Positions 45,084 through 58,100 of a DNA stretch of 64,000 nt are shown here, in pieces. This DNA comes from an uncultured Phycisphaerales bacterium. GTDB lineage: Bacteria; Planctomycetota; Phycisphaerae; Tepidisphaerales; Tepidisphaeraceae. Location of the stretch: contig CAVWLP010000002.1 in the NCBI GenBank assembly GCA_963755915.1, positions 2,848,001-2,912,000 of the forward strand, in the 5' to 3' direction. The notes beneath the pieces were generated by a model, which did no database searches, was not told the origin of the DNA, and saw only the letters and a program-made list of their open reading frames with translations. Positions within the stretch are counted from its first letter, which is position 1. Each line of letters starts with the position of its first letter. Position numbers and translations under genes: made by a program.

Positions 45084-46747
45084 TTAAGTTGTCCTGGAAA
45101 TCTTCAAACCACACGCAAATTCATTGGGCGTTCGATCCGGCATCGTGACCACAAGCGCATTCTCATCCCGCGAAAACCCAACCGCCCCAACGCCCAGCAA
45201 TTCCACTCCCCCAACCTGCCACGGATAAACCCGCGACCCCGCCGCCAGCGTCTTGATCCTGATCTTCCCATCCGCCGGCCACCCCAGCGCAAACGCGTAT
45301 AGCGTCTCCCCGTTTGTGGTAAAACGAATGTCCTCGGCGGTATAAGCCCGCATCGACTTCTCGTTGAAATTCCCCGACCCTTTCACATCCGGCGGCCCCT
45401 CCCCAAAAACCGAAAATGGCCGCGACCCGAAAATCCCCTCGCTATTGGCCGGCATCCACGAAGCCAGTTCCGCCAGAACTTTCCGCTCATCCTCGTCAAT
45501 CGTCCCGTCCCCGCGCACCGGAATGTTCAGTAGCAAATTCCCATTCTTGCTCACAATATCGATAAGCATCGCGATGACGGTCTTCGCCGTCTTATATCGA
45601 TGCTGCTCAAACAGCGACCGCTGATAATGCCAGCTTCCAATGCACGTATCCGTCTGCCACGCATTCGGCAGAATGTGATCCGCACGCCCGCGCTCGATAT
45701 CCAGCACCATCGTCCCGATATGATCCGGCACCAGCCGCTTGGAAGTGAGCACCGCCTGGAGCGATCCATGCCGCGCAATATTTGAATTGTAATAGTGTGC
45801 CGCGATATCCAGCCCCGCCTGGAGCAGCGGTAGCTCCGAGTCGTCAAAATAAAGCAGATCCGGCTCATACCCATCCACCAGATCCTGGCACCGCAAAAAC
45901 CATTTGTTCGCGAAATCCGGATACCTCGCCGGCGGTTGCTCGCTCCACAACTGATCGTGGCTCTGATGCCACGCCCTCATCTCCGCGATCGAGGTGATCC
46001 CATCCGGCAGCACAAACGACGGCCCGACATACAGCTCCTGCGGGTCCATCCCCTCCCACCATTTCCCCTTCCCATCTTCCTTTCTTAGCGTATACGCGTC
46101 ATACCGAACCCCCGCCATGTCGCCCACCGGATCGTACCCATACGCCGTCTGGAACCAGTGCCACGCGTGCGCGCTGTGATTGGTCACCCCGAATTTCAAT
46201 CCCCGCTGCCGCGCCGTCGTCGCCCAAATCCCCACGATGTCGCACCGCGGTCCCACGTTCACCGAGTTCCACGCGTGAAATCTCGAGTCATAGCAATCGA
46301 AGTTGTCGTGATGGTTCGCCAGCGCCACGAAATATTTCGCCCCCGCCTTCACGTACAGATCCATCAGCGCATTGGGGTCCCAGTTCCCCGCCGACCACAG
46401 CCGGTCGATTTCCATGAACCCCACTTTCGATGGATGCCCATAGTGCGCCACGTGGTACTTGTTATGCGGATGCCCCTGGATATACATCTGCCGCGCATAC
46501 CAGTCCCCCTGTTCCGGCACGCACTGCGCCGTCCAGTGCGCCCAGATCCCAAACTTCGCATCGCGAAACCACTCCGGCATCTATATTGATGCAGCGAATC
46601 CCAGTTCGCCTCAAACGGCCCCGGCGCGATCAAGCGCGCCGCTTGCGAGGTTGCCGTCTGGCCGCGAAGTGGCTTCACGCTCGATAGATAAATCGCCGGA
46701 ACCACCCCTCCCAGCATCTTGATCATTTTCCTCCGCGAGATCTTCAT
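45084..46747 (-). CDS. Alpha-L-fucosidase (GH29) with Tat signal, frameshift near 46580
   Basis: SRRKMIK leader; PEWFRDAKFGIWAHW, HHDNF, LYFDD and VSKNGNLLLN. Confidence 0.92.
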
Positions 46748-46831
46748 AGGCCCAATAGAATAGTTGCCGCTGCGATTTGCACAATATTTCCTGCGCCCAC
46801 GCTATAATCCCGCCGCAACCCGGGATCGCCG

Positions 46832-47640
46832 ATGACCGAACAGGAAATTCAACAATTCTTACAAGACACCTACAACCGCCAGCGCAAATTCGAGCAGCGC
46901 CTTATCGGAATCCAGCAATCGATCGCCGCACTCGAGGCCGACTCAATCCTCAGGGCCGCCGGCCGGTCGCCTCGAATGCCGATCGAATTCACCGCGCAGT
47001 TCGGCGAAGACATGTTCGCCTGGAAATTGCTCGGCCGAAGCCCCAGCGGTTTTTTCATCGAAGCCGGCGCATTCGACGGCTACCATTTCTCAACAACCTA
47101 TGCCCTCGAGGCGATGGGTTGGAACGGCCTGCTTGTCGAGGCCATTCCCGATCGCTGCCGCGAGTGCGCCGCCCGCCGGCCCCACAGCCGCGTTGTCAAC
47201 GCCGCACTCTCTTCTTCAAGCGCCACCGGCGACGCCGATTTCTGGATCGTCGACGATCAATACGGCGGGATGCTCTCCTATAGCACCCTCACCCCCCAGC
47301 ACGACGCCGATGTCGGCACAAGGACACGCACCAAAGTCAGCGTCCCCCGCGCCACGCTCGACCAGCTCCTCGCCGATCACGAGGGCTCGATCGACCTTGT
47401 GGTTCTCGATCTTGAAGGCGACGAGCTTTCAGCCCTCCACGGCTTCGATATCCAGCGCTGGCGCCGCGCATTTTGATGATCGAGGACAACTCCCGTGGCC
47501 AGAACCAGGCGCTGAAGGATTTCATGCAAAACTGCGGCTACCAGTTAAGCATCCGGCTTGCCGTTAACGAAATCTATATACGCCGCGACCAGGCCGCGCT
47601 ATTCGAGCAGCTAAAGTGGATCATCTTAAAAGAGGGCTAA
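46832..47640 (+). CDS. FkbM-family methyltransferase, frameshift near 47465
   Basis: QFGED, FIEAGAFDG, GWNGLLVE and LDLEG.E. Confidence 0.85.
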
Positions 47641-47802
47641 AGCCGCGCAGTCCTTAAAACTTACCCCGCCCAGCAAATACGCCATTCTGCCGCCCCATTT
47701 TATCGGCACGCTGCCCCATAAAATTGCCGCCCCACATCCCTCGCCCATCTGTTATAATTGCCCTGAATTCCATTCGGCACCGAATTGTGGAGAGGGAAAT
47801 AA

Positions 47803-50800
47803 ATGCAACGACCCGGTCCAAACTATCAACGCGCCAAACGCCTGTCCCACGCCGTCCTCGAAGCCCTCGAGCCACGCCGGCTCCTCTCCACCGACATCGT
47901 CACCAATCTCGCTGACAGCGGCGCAGGCTCCCTCCGCCAGACCCTCGCCAGCGCCGCCCCCGGCGACACCGTTCAATTCGCCTCCGGCCTCACCGGCACC
48001 CTCACCCTCACCAGCGGCGAACTCAACCTCAATCAAAACGTCACCATCACCGGCCCCGGCACGTCCAGCCTCAGCATCAGCGGTGGAAACAACTCCACCG
48101 TCTTCAACGTCTCCGCCGGCGTATCCGCCTCCATCTCCGGCCTCACCATCACCGAAGGCTTCGCCGGCCCCCGCGGCGACGGGGGCGACATCGACAACAC
48201 CGGAACCCTCTCCCTCTCCTCCGTCAACGTAAACCTCGGATCCGCCGAGCTCGGCGGTGGCCTCTACAACGCCGGCTCCGTCATCATCACCAACTCCGTC
48301 TTCTCCTCCAACACCGCCGGCCAACTCGGCGGCGCCATCCTCAATGCCGCCAATGGAATCATCACCGCCACCGGCGCTACCTTCACCTCAAACTCCACCG
48401 TCCAGGAAGCCGGTGGCGCGATCTGCAACGAAAACGCCACCCTCTCCCTTACCAACTCCACCCTCACCGCCAACACCTCCGGAACCTATGGCGGCGCCAT
48501 CTCCAACTTCGCCCTCGGCACTCTCATCATCAACAACAGCACCCTCTCCAACAACACCGCCGACCTCTGGGGTGGCGCTATTTTCAATTTCACCGCCGCC
48601 TCCCTCACCATCACCAACGCCACCATCTCCAATAACAAGGCCGACGACATCTTCGGCGGCGGTATCTACAACTATCAGGGCACCGCCGACATCACCGGCG
48701 CTGTCCTCTCCAACAACACCAGCGACTACGGCGGCGGCGCTATCGCCAGCTTCCTCGGCACACTCGCCGTCTCCGGTTGCACCATCTCCAATAACGGCAA
48801 CTCCACCACCCAAACCATCGGCGGTGGCATCTACACCCTCGACTACGCCGCCTCCATCACCAACTCCACCATCTCCGGAAACAAGTCCCAGTACGGCGCC
48901 GGCGTCTTCGAAGACGGCAGCGGAAGCCTCGTCATCTCCGGAACAACCCTCTCCAGCAATATCGCCAGCCAATCCGGCGGCGCCGGATACATCGACGGCA
49001 CCCTCTACATCGACAACTCCACCATCGCCTCCAACCAGGCCACCTACGGCGCCGGTCTCATGGCCATCGGAACCATCACCGCCGCCAACGTCACCATCGC
49101 CAGCAATCTCGCCGGACTCAGCGCCGGCGGCATCTACATCAACTCCGGCGACACCACCATCTACAACTCCATCGTCGCCAACAACACCCTCAGCAACGGC
49201 AAAACCGCCAGCAACATCGTCAACACCCTCGACGCCAGCCTCGCCAGCGGCGAGACCGCCAGCTCCTACAACCTCGTCGGCTCCGGTGGCACAGGTGGCC
49301 TCACCAACGGCACCCGCGGAAACATCGTCGGCGCTAACCCCTTGCTCGGTGCGCTCCAAAACAACGGCGGCCCCACGAATACCATGGCCATCCCCAGCAA
49401 CAGCCCCGCCATCAACACCGGCAGCGTCACCTTCGCCAAGTCTTACACGGGCGCCGCCCTCACCACCGACCAGCGCGGCTCCGGATTTCCGCGCACCATA
49501 GGCAGCACTGTCGACATCGGCGCTTACGAATACGAAGGCTCCTCCCCCAGCGTCAGCGGCCCAATCGTCGGCCAGAATTCACCCGCCGTCTCCGGCGCAA
49601 AAATCCCCGGCCCTCCCGCTCCCCCCGGCAGCGGTTCCGCCACCCCCTCCTTCGAAATCGATCCAGACGTTTCCCCCGCGACGGGCGCCTACACGCCCAC
49701 CGAAGTCCGCGACGCCTACGGCGTCAACGACATCCTCTTCAACGGCGTCACCGGCAACGGCAGCGGCGAAACCATCGCCATCGTCGACGCCTATAACGAC
49801 CCGGATATCATGTCGGATGCCAACACCTTCAGCTCCGACTTCGGCCTCCCCACCTTCAACTCCGGCGGCCCCACCTTGCAGGTCCTGAACCAAACCGGCG
49901 GCGCCACGCTCCCCACGAATTCCGTCCCCGGCCAGTGGGACGTCGAAGAATCTCTCGACGTCGAATGGGCCCACGCCATCGCCCCCGACGCCAACATCAT
50001 CCTTTTCGAGGCCAACAGCGCCAGCGACACCGATCTTTTTACCGCCATCGCCACGGCCGCCGACTGGACCGGCGTCTCCGTCGTCTCCATGAGCTTCAAC
50101 TCCTACGAACTCTACAACGTCTACGGCGGTGTCGAAGAAACCAGCACCGACTCCACCTTCACCACACCCACCGGCCACCAGGGAGTCACCTTCCTCGGCG
50201 CCGCCGGCGACCAGGGCGCGCCCGCCGTCGGCTATCCATCCCTTTCTCCCAACGTCATCAGCGTCGGTGGAACCTCTCTCCTCGTCGGCACCGACGACAG
50301 CTACCTCGGAGAGTCCGCCTGGTCCGGCGGTGGCGGCGGAATCAGCCTCCAGGAATCCCTTCCTTCCTACCAGATCCCCGACGCACTCAACTGGAGCTTC
50401 GTCGCCCGCACCGGCCCCGATGTCTCTATGGACGCCGACCCCGAAACCGGTGTCCTCGTCGTCGACTCCTTCGACGGTGGCTCCTTCCAGATCGGTGGCA
50501 CGAGCTTGGCCACCCCCATGTGGGCCGCTCTCATCGCCATCGTCAATCAGGGCCGCGCCCTCAAAGGCGAAACCTCCCTCGACGGCGCCAGCCAAACGCT
50601 CCCCATGCTCTACGGCCTCCCCAGCACCGACTTCCACGACATCACCACCGGCAACAACGGCTACCCCGCCGTCACCGGCTACGACCTCGCCACCGGCCTC
50701 GGCTCTCCCATCGCCAATCTCCTCGTCCCCAACCTCGCCGGCTACGACGGCACCGCCGTCTGGACCGGCCTCGTCTCCAACAACTGGTTCGTCGCCGACA

Positions 50801-51594
50801 ACTGGAACACCTTCTCCGTCCCCAACAGCACCACGGATGTGATCATCAATTTCGGCAACCCCACCGCCGCCACCCCCATCGACGTCGCCGCCCTCACCAT
50901 CAACGGCGGCACCCTCCAACTCGCCACCGGCGGTGGCTCCTCCACCGTCGCCTCCGTGACAATAGACGGCAACGGCATTCTCGACCTCACCAACAACAAG
51001 CTCTTCATCGACTACGGCTCCACGTCCGACCCCATCGCCAGCATCTACACCTGGCTGACCACCGGCTATAACAACGGCGCCTGGAACGGCCCCGGCATCG
51101 ACTCCTCCGCCGCCGCCCAAAATCCCTCCTACGCCCTGGGCTTCGCCGACGGCGCCGACAACGTCGTCTCCGGACTCGCCGCCGGCGAGATCGAAATCGC
51201 CTTTACGCTCTACGGCGACGCCAACCTCGACGGCACCGTCAACGGCTCCGATTTCTCCATCCTCGCCGCCAATTTCGGCATGGGTACCACCGACTGGGAC
51301 GAAGGAAATTTCCGCTATAACGGCGTCGTCAACGGCTCCGACTTCTCCGCCCTCGCCGTCAACTTCGGCCTCGCTGCCTCCCAGGCCGCCGTCTCCCTTC
51401 CGGTCTTCGCCGCGGCCGCGTCCACTACGTCGACCGACGATTCGACAACGCTTAAGCTTCTCACGCCATCAAAGAATATCTCCGGCGGCGTGATGGCCCG
51501 GCTCGCCGCCGATCCGCCCGTCAAGACAACGCCTCCGCCGAAATCCCCAAAACAAAATCGCCCGGCCTTTTTCACTCTTGCTGTCCGCCGATGA
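47803..51594 (+). CDS. Large secreted protein: LEPRRLLS motif, beta-helix repeats, S53 (sedolisin) peptidase and dockerin-like duplex
   Basis: EALEPRRLLS, GSLRQ, GGAI repeats, DQRG..DIGAYE, EESLDVEW, AAGD, GGTSLATP, GYDLATGLGSP and GDANLDG. Confidence 0.88.
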   Translation: MQRPGPNYQRAKRLSHAVLEALEPRRLLSTDIVTNLADSGAGSLRQTLASAAPGDTVQFASGLTGTLTLTSGELNLNQNVTITGPGTSSLSISGGNNSTVFNVSAGVSASISGLTITEGFAGPRGDGGDIDNTGTLSLSSVNVNLGSAELGGGLYNAGSVIITNSVFSSNTAGQLGGAILNAANGIITATGATFTSNSTVQEAGGAICNENATLSLTNSTLTANTSGTYGGAISNFALGTLIINNSTLSNNTADLWGGAIFNFTAASLTITNATISNNKADDIFGGGIYNYQGTADITGAVLSNNTSDYGGGAIASFLGTLAVSGCTISNNGNSTTQTIGGGIYTLDYAASITNSTISGNKSQYGAGVFEDGSGSLVISGTTLSSNIASQSGGAGYIDGTLYIDNSTIASNQATYGAGLMAIGTITAANVTIASNLAGLSAGGIYINSGDTTIYNSIVANNTLSNGKTASNIVNTLDASLASGETASSYNLVGSGGTGGLTNGTRGNIVGANPLLGALQNNGGPTNTMAIPSNSPAINTGSVTFAKSYTGAALTTDQRGSGFPRTIGSTVDIGAYEYEGSSPSVSGPIVGQNSPAVSGAKIPGPPAPPGSGSATPSFEIDPDVSPATGAYTPTEVRDAYGVNDILFNGVTGNGSGETIAIVDAYNDPDIMSDANTFSSDFGLPTFNSGGPTLQVLNQTGGATLPTNSVPGQWDVEESLDVEWAHAIAPDANIILFEANSASDTDLFTAIATAADWTGVSVVSMSFNSYELYNVYGGVEETSTDSTFTTPTGHQGVTFLGAAGDQGAPAVGYPSLSPNVISVGGTSLLVGTDDSYLGESAWSGGGGGISLQESLPSYQIPDALNWSFVARTGPDVSMDADPETGVLVVDSFDGGSFQIGGTSLATPMWAALIAIVNQGRALKGETSLDGASQTLPMLYGLPSTDFHDITTGNNGYPAVTGYDLATGLGSPIANLLVPNLAGYDGTAVWTGLVSNNWFVADNWNTFSVPNSTTDVIINFGNPTAATPIDVAALTINGGTLQLATGGGSSTVASVTIDGNGILDLTNNKLFIDYGSTSDPIASIYTWLTTGYNNGAWNGPGIDSSAAAQNPSYALGFADGADNVVSGLAAGEIEIAFTLYGDANLDGTVNGSDFSILAANFGMGTTDWDEGNFRYNGVVNGSDFSALAVNFGLAASQAAVSLPVFAAAASTTSTDDSTTLKLLTPSKNISGGVMARLAADPPVKTTPPPKSPKQNRPAFFTLAVRR

Positions 51595-52755
51595 TTTTTT
51601 GTACGCAGCCCCTTCGGTACAAAAGGTTAATCCCGTTCGGCACGCAGGCTTCATCGGAGCATTCCAAAGCTGTGGAGGACGCGAAACAATTGAAGCTTAG
51701 ATACTTTTACTTTCCCCTGCTGCACGCCGGCGTCCGCAAGAGCGCAGCATCAACCGCGAGGTCTCCGCGGCGACGGATTCCCCTTCAGTTTACTCCCAGT
51801 TTTTTCAAGGCCTCCGCTCTTGCCCTCAGCTTAATCCCGGTGTTATCCGGCTTGTTCAGGAATCGAAGCACGTCCTGTTCCTCGGCCAGCCCCAGCAGAT
51901 ACCAGCCGATCATGTTCCGCATCGCCTTGTTCGGCTTCCTGCCGCTGATCAGCTGAATCAGCACGCAGACGATCAGCGCGCAGTGGATTTGGATGTCGAT
52001 CCCCTCCTGGCGTTGGCTCAGCAGGTGACGCATGCCCAGCAGTTGCTTGAAGATCCGGAAGAACAACTCAACGGTGTAGCGGTACAGATAAATCAGGGCG
52101 ATCAATTCCGCCGGCAGGTCCAGCAGGTTCGTGTACAGGATGATCAGGTCCGTCGGCTTGTTGCCGCTGCGCGTGCGGCGCGGATGGGGTTTCACCTGCA
52201 CTTCCACCCGTCGCACCACCCTATCCGCCGCCGTCTCCAGGCCGTCGAGTTTCACCAGCGCGTCTCGCACCACGCCGCCGTCCAATGCTTCCTGTGAAAG
52301 CAATCGTTCTTCAAACAGCTCAAACACCGAGTTTTCCGCGGCCCGCATCACAAAGGAGCTTTGCGCCGCGGCGATGTCCGCAAAGAGGCTCCGGTCGGCG
52401 TAGCCGCCGTCTCCTACATAGCACCGTCCTGCTTCCAGGCTGCGCCGCAGGACGTTGTTTTCACGGTTGGCCCCCGCGTTGCGAGCGCCAGTGCGGTCGA
52501 GGCGATGGACTTTGAACGTCTCCAGATCGAATTGAACGTGCAAACGCCAGCCATAGACCGCTTTCCCGTCCCGGGAGGTGTTGTAGTGCGCATCGATGCC
52601 GCAAGCGGATTTGGCCAGCCGACTCAGCGCCGTCAGCACCGTCCCGTCGACCAGCGTGATCGCCTGCCCAAAGTCCGCAAGACGCGGATCGGCGCCTGGG
52701 GCAGTTCCCCCGCCAATTCCTCAATCAGCGGCGTCAAACGCCCCGGCTCGAACAC

Positions 52756-54277
52756 CAATATTGTCCGGGACTTCCGCGTCTTAGAGCTGGGATTTTTCGG
52801 GTTTTCACTCGAAAGGCTGTGTTGCCTCGATGGGCAACGGCGTGGAAGGTTCAGCGCTGCTCCTGCAGCGCATGCCGCGGCGTTCACCGGCGGCCGGACA
52901 ACAAAAACCCCCGGTGACTTACTTGACGATTTTTTCAGCCTTCTTCCGTGCCACACGCTGACGCTGCAGCTCGCATTCCCGTTCTCGGCGCTGCAGGATG
53001 GGAATAATCTCTTGCAACGTGGCCCCTCCCGCGGCGACCAGGCTCAGCATCGCGTAGGCATATTTGCTCACCGGACGCTGCGTGTGCAGATAGATCAACA
53101 GCACCCCGATGACCGCGATGTAGAACCCGGTGGTGACGCCGTTTTTGCTGTGGCTGGTGAGATGGCGGAAGTGGGCGTGCACTTTCAGCCAGCGGAAAAA
53201 CAGCTCGATCTTCCATCGCCAGCGGTAGAGCAGACCGATGACATGGGCGGGAATGTTAAGAAGATTGGTCAGCAGCCGCAGGGGCCTGTCGGGTTTGTCC
53301 GGGTCGAAGATCGTCACTTCCCGAAGCCATTTTCCCGCCGGAGGAGCAAAGCGTGGCCCTTCTGAGCCCAGGTATCCGATCCGGTCGCTGAGAATGCCGG
53401 CAGCGCGGTCTTCATCGCTCAGCGGCAGGGACTTGGGGGTCAAGTCATTGTTTTCGATGGGAATGAAATAGTTGTTTGACTTGAGCCGGAGCACAAAATC
53501 GCTGCAGGCATGTACGATCCGCTCCAGCAGCTCGAAACAGACGTAGCCGCGGTCCATGACGTAAATCTGTCCCGGCTCCAGGGACTGCATCAGCGCCTGC
53601 GCCTCGGAGCATCCCGCGCCGCTGATCGTCACTCCCTCGGGAACCCCCACGCCCGCCGCCCATTGAAGATTCAGGCGAATCGTGTCCATGGGCTTTCCGT
53701 TGGGTCGACTTTGATGCAGCGCCCAGGCCACGTCGGCGGCAACGGTGAACAGCGACCCATCCACCACCCGTACCCGCTCGGTCAACTCCGCCAGCTTCGG
53801 ATCGCCGTGACGCAGGTGCGGCAGCCGCGCCCGCAACTCCTCGATGATCGGCTCCAGCAGCGTCGGATCGAACAGGGCGTTGGCATCGGAAAGCGTGGAA
53901 CGCGGCAGGCGATCGACCGAAAGCTGCTCCTGCATCTGCTCGGTCTGGCTGAAATCCTCCATCGTCCGCAGGCTGCGAATCGCCGGCGTGAAAAACGCCA
54001 GCAGATAGGCAAGGGTCACATCGTCATAAAAAAGCGTGCGATTGGGGTGGGGATGCGCCGCCCGCAGGCGGGCCAGATGATCCTGCAAAATACCGACGTA
54101 CTTGCCGCCGAACAAATCCTCCCCCCGCACCGCCGGCCGCGGCTTTCGTCCCGGCTTGGCGGGCAATCCAGAAGCTGGGCAAAGGTCCGCGTGCACGTGG
54201 CGGCAGTGAACCACAAAACGCTGCTTCGCGAGGCGCAAGATCGTGTTATTTGTGAGCCTGCGTTCCGGACACTATTG
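52756..54277 (-). mobile_element. IS4-family element B nested in IS4-A
   Basis: Imperfect TIRs CAATATTGTCCGGGAC / CAATAGTGTCCGGAAC; 9-bp duplication CTCGAACAC (52747-52755 / 54278-54286). Confidence 0.92.
52919..54238 (-). CDS. IS4-family transposase, apparently intact (start uncertain)
   Basis: VVDGS, MDRGY and YRWRWKIELFFRWLK. Confidence 0.92.
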   Translation of the reverse strand: MRLAKQRFVVHCRHVHADLCPASGLPAKPGRKPRPAVRGEDLFGGKYVGILQDHLARLRAAHPHPNRTLFYDDVTLAYLLAFFTPAIRSLRTMEDFSQTEQMQEQLSVDRLPRSTLSDANALFDPTLLEPIIEELRARLPHLRHGDPKLAELTERVRVVDGSLFTVAADVAWALHQSRPNGKPMDTIRLNLQWAAGVGVPEGVTISGAGCSEAQALMQSLEPGQIYVMDRGYVCFELLERIVHACSDFVLRLKSNNYFIPIENNDLTPKSLPLSDEDRAAGILSDRIGYLGSEGPRFAPPAGKWLREVTIFDPDKPDRPLRLLTNLLNIPAHVIGLLYRWRWKIELFFRWLKVHAHFRHLTSHSKNGVTTGFYIAVIGVLLIYLHTQRPVSKYAYAMLSLVAAGGATLQEIIPILQRRERECELQRQRVARKKAEKIVK

Positions 54278-55131
54278 CTCGAACACCCGAACCGATTCAG
54301 AGAAACTGCCCACGGAAAAACGCTTAATTCCCAGCGCCTTGGCCACCTTGGGCAGTTCAGCAACCTCCTGAAGATCCCGCAGGGATTGGATCAGCGGATT
54401 CCAGGTGTAAAGCAAAACCAGCTTGCAATAATCGTCGAAGTGAAGCTGGCGGTTCCCGGCTCGATCCCGCTCACAGCCCACATCCCGCAGCGTGGGCAGC
54501 AGCGCGAAGACGCGCCGCAGATGTCCGAGGCACAGGATCTCTTTTTCCTTCAGTCTTGCCTGCACGTCCGGCAGCATGCCATAAAAAGATCAAAGGCGCA
54601 ATCTCAATATCTTGCTGCTTGCGCGAACCCCGTGCCGAACGGGATTAACAAAAGGTAACAGTCCGCAACAAACTGGGTAAGATGGGTAAAAGGGGGTACG
54701 CATTTCAGGGGCGTTGACATTAAATATACTCTTTTGTGCGTTTTTAATGACATAGCAAAATTGCTTGGCCGCAGCGGCGATCGCCGCGCTTGATGCTTTT
54801 GCGGTTGCCAACGATTTATCCCTCCCCACGACCGCCGCTCCGCCGGAGTCGGCCCGCCTGTGCGTCGCATTTGCTGTGGGAAGTGCGACAATTCTGCGGC
54901 GGCAAAGAAGAGCCGCTTCTTACGATACAAATAAAATGTAAATCGCCCCGGAATCTTTTTGCATATCCATGCGGCGAAGGTAAGATGCTCGCCAAATCTC
55001 GGCGTCGAATGGACAGACATAGTTCATCCCATGCACTTGAATGCCTGATATCTGGTTTGGGTTAGAAGTAGCACCGGCATCAGGCAATCGCGTTGCCATT
55101 TCCGTATCCTTTGGGGGCGAGAGGAGCAAAA

Positions 55132-58100
55132 ATGCATTGCACCTATTTCCAGTTGAAATCCCAATCCCCGCGCCGGCGGAAGCTGTTGGGCATGGCCGTC
55201 CTTGCGGCCACTACGGGAATTTCCTTTTCGAGCGCCTTCGCGGCGACGACCAGCGTAACCTGGACGGGGGGAACCGGGTCCTGGAGCAACCCCGCCGATT
55301 GGACTCCCAATACGGTCCCGCAAGACAGTGGCCCCAATCTCTACGCCGCTACGATAAGCAGCGGGCAAGTGACGCTTGATATCAGTCCAACCATCCAGCA
55401 ATTCAACCTTACCAATGGATCACTGACTGGAACCACGACCACTCTGACCACCGCCGGGCTGTTCACCTGGAGCGGTGGCCAGTTGGGAAGCAACGGCAGC
55501 AGCGAGACGCTCAACGCCAACGGGGGCATCAGCATCTCTAACGGCGTCACCTTCGCCGGCGGCACCATCAACGACAATGGCTCGGCCACCTGGATCAGCG
55601 GAAGTATCGGCGGCTACGGCAACGAGACGGCCGGCGGAAAGACCACCTTCATTAACGCGCTGGGCGAGACCTTCACGGTCGAGTGCGATCAGACCTACTC
55701 AGGCTACGGCGTGGAATATACCTCCACCAACAATGATGTGTTCAGCAACCTGGGAACGTTCACCAAGTCCACGACCACCGGGACCACGGACTTCGGCCTG
55801 GTGTTTAACAGCAGCGGCACGGTGAACGTGCAAACCGGCACGCTGTCGCTGGACGGGGGCGGGACCGAGACTGGCAGCTTCGCCGTCAGCAGCGGGGCCA
55901 TCCTGAAGCTTACCAATTCGACGTCCTTCTCCAGCGCCAGCACTATCGCGGGGGCAGGCAGCGTGACCTTCGCAGGCGGCGCCTCCACCGTCAGCGGAAC
56001 CTACAACCCCTCGGGAGCCACCAACGTCAGCAACGGTTCCATCACCTTCAACTCCTCCAACGTCACGATCTCCAATCTGCTGAACGTCACCGGCGGAACC
56101 GCCACCTTCACCACCGGGGACGCCAACATCAAACCTACGTCCATCACCCTCAGTGGCGGTGACCTCACCGGCTCGGATACCATCACCACCGCCGGGCTGT
56201 TCACCTGGAGCGGTGGCCAGTTGGGAAGCAACGGCAGCAGCGAGACGCTCAACGCCAACGGGGGCATCAGCATCTCTAACGGCGTCACCTTCGCCGGCGG
56301 CACCATCAACGACAATGGCTCGGCCACCTGGATCAGCGGAAGTATCGGCGGCTACGGCAACGAGACGGCCGGCGGAAAGACCACCTTCATTAACGCGCTG
56401 GGCGAGACCTTCACGGTCGAGTGCGATCAGACCTACTCAGGCTACGGCGTGGAATATACCTCCACCAACAATGATGTGTTCAGCAACCTGGGAACGTTCA
56501 CCAAGTCCACGACCACCGGGACCACGGACTTCGGCCTGGTGTTTAACAGCAGCGGCACGGTGAACGTGCAAACCGGCACGCTGTCGCTGGACGGGGGCGG
56601 GACCGAGACTGGCAGCTTCGCCGTCAGCAGCGGGGCCATCCTGAAGCTTACCAATTCGACGTCCTTCTCCAGCGCCAGCACTATCGCGGGGGCAGGCAGC
56701 GTGACCTTCGCAGGCGGCGCCTCCACCGTCAGCGGAACCTACAACCCCTCGGGAGCCACCAACGTCAGCAACGGTTCCATCACCTTCAACTCCTCCAACG
56801 TCACGATCTCCAATCTGCTGAACGTCACCGGCGGAACCGCCACCTTCACCACCGGGGACGCCAACATCAAACCTACGTCCATCACCCTCAGTGGCGGTGA
56901 CCTCACCGGCTCGGATACCATCACCACCGCCGGGCTGTTCACCTGGAGCGGTGGCCAGTTGGGAAGCAACGGCAGCAGCGAGACGCTCAACGCCAACGGG
57001 GGCATCAGCATCTCTAACGGCGTCACCTTCGCCGGCGGCACCATCAACGACAATGGCTCGGCCACCTGGATCAGCGGAAGTATCGGCGGCTACGGCAACG
57101 AGACGGCCGGCGGAAAGACCACCTTCATTAACGCGCTGGGCGAGACCTTCACGGTCGAGTGCGATCAGACCTACTCAGGCTACGGCGTGGAATATACCTC
57201 CACCAACAATGATGTGTTCAGCAACCTGGGAACGTTCACCAAGTCCACGACCACCGGGACCACGGACTTCGGCCTGGTGTTTAACAGCAGCGGCACGGTG
57301 AACGTGCAAACCGGCACGCTGTCGCTGGACGGGGGCGGGACCGAGACTGGCAGCTTCGCCGTCAGCAGCGGGGCCATCCTGAAGCTTACCAATTCGACGT
57401 CCTTCTCCAGCGCCAGCACTATCGCGGGGGCAGGCAGCGTGACCTTCGCAGGCGGCGCCTCCACCGTCAGCGGAACCTACAACCCCTCGGGAGCCACCAA
57501 CGTCAGCAACGGTTCCATCACCTTCAACTCCTCCAACGTCACGATCTCCAATCTGCTGAACGTCACCGGCGGAACCGCCACCTTCACCACCGGGGACGCC
57601 AACATCAAACCTACGTCCATCACCCTCAGTGGCGGTGACCTCACCGGCTCGGATACCATCACCACCGCCGGGCTGTTCACCTGGAGCGGTGGCCAGTTGG
57701 GAAGCAACGGCAGCAGCGAGACGCTCAACGCCAACGGGGGCATCAGCATCTCTAACGGCGTCACCTTCGCCGGCGGCACCATCAACGACAATGGCTCGGC
57801 CACCTGGATCAGCGGAAGTATCGGCGGCTACGGCAACGAGACGGCCGGCGGAAAGACCACCTTCATTAACGCGCTGGGCGAGACCTTCACGGTCGAGTGC
57901 GATCAGACCTACTCAGGCTACGGCGTGGAATATACCTCCACCAACAATGATGTGTTCAGCAACCTGGGAACGTTCACCAAGTCCACGACCACCGGGACCA
58001 CGGACTTCGGCCTGGTGTTTAACAGCAGCGGCACGGTGAACGTGCAAACCGGCACGCTGTCGCTGGACGGGGGCGGGACCGAGACTGGCAGCTTCGCCGT

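Larger units (their letters stand above)
51785..54577 (-). pseudogene. IS4-A transposase split by the nested element
   Basis: N-terminal part 54577-54278, C-terminal part 52755-51785; extra 1-bp frameshift near 52695. Confidence 0.88.
51628..54647 (-). mobile_element. IS4-family element A, copy 2, interrupted by a nested IS4
   Basis: Same 17-bp TIRs; same 9-bp duplication ACAAAAGGT (51619-51627 / 54648-54656). Confidence 0.93.
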
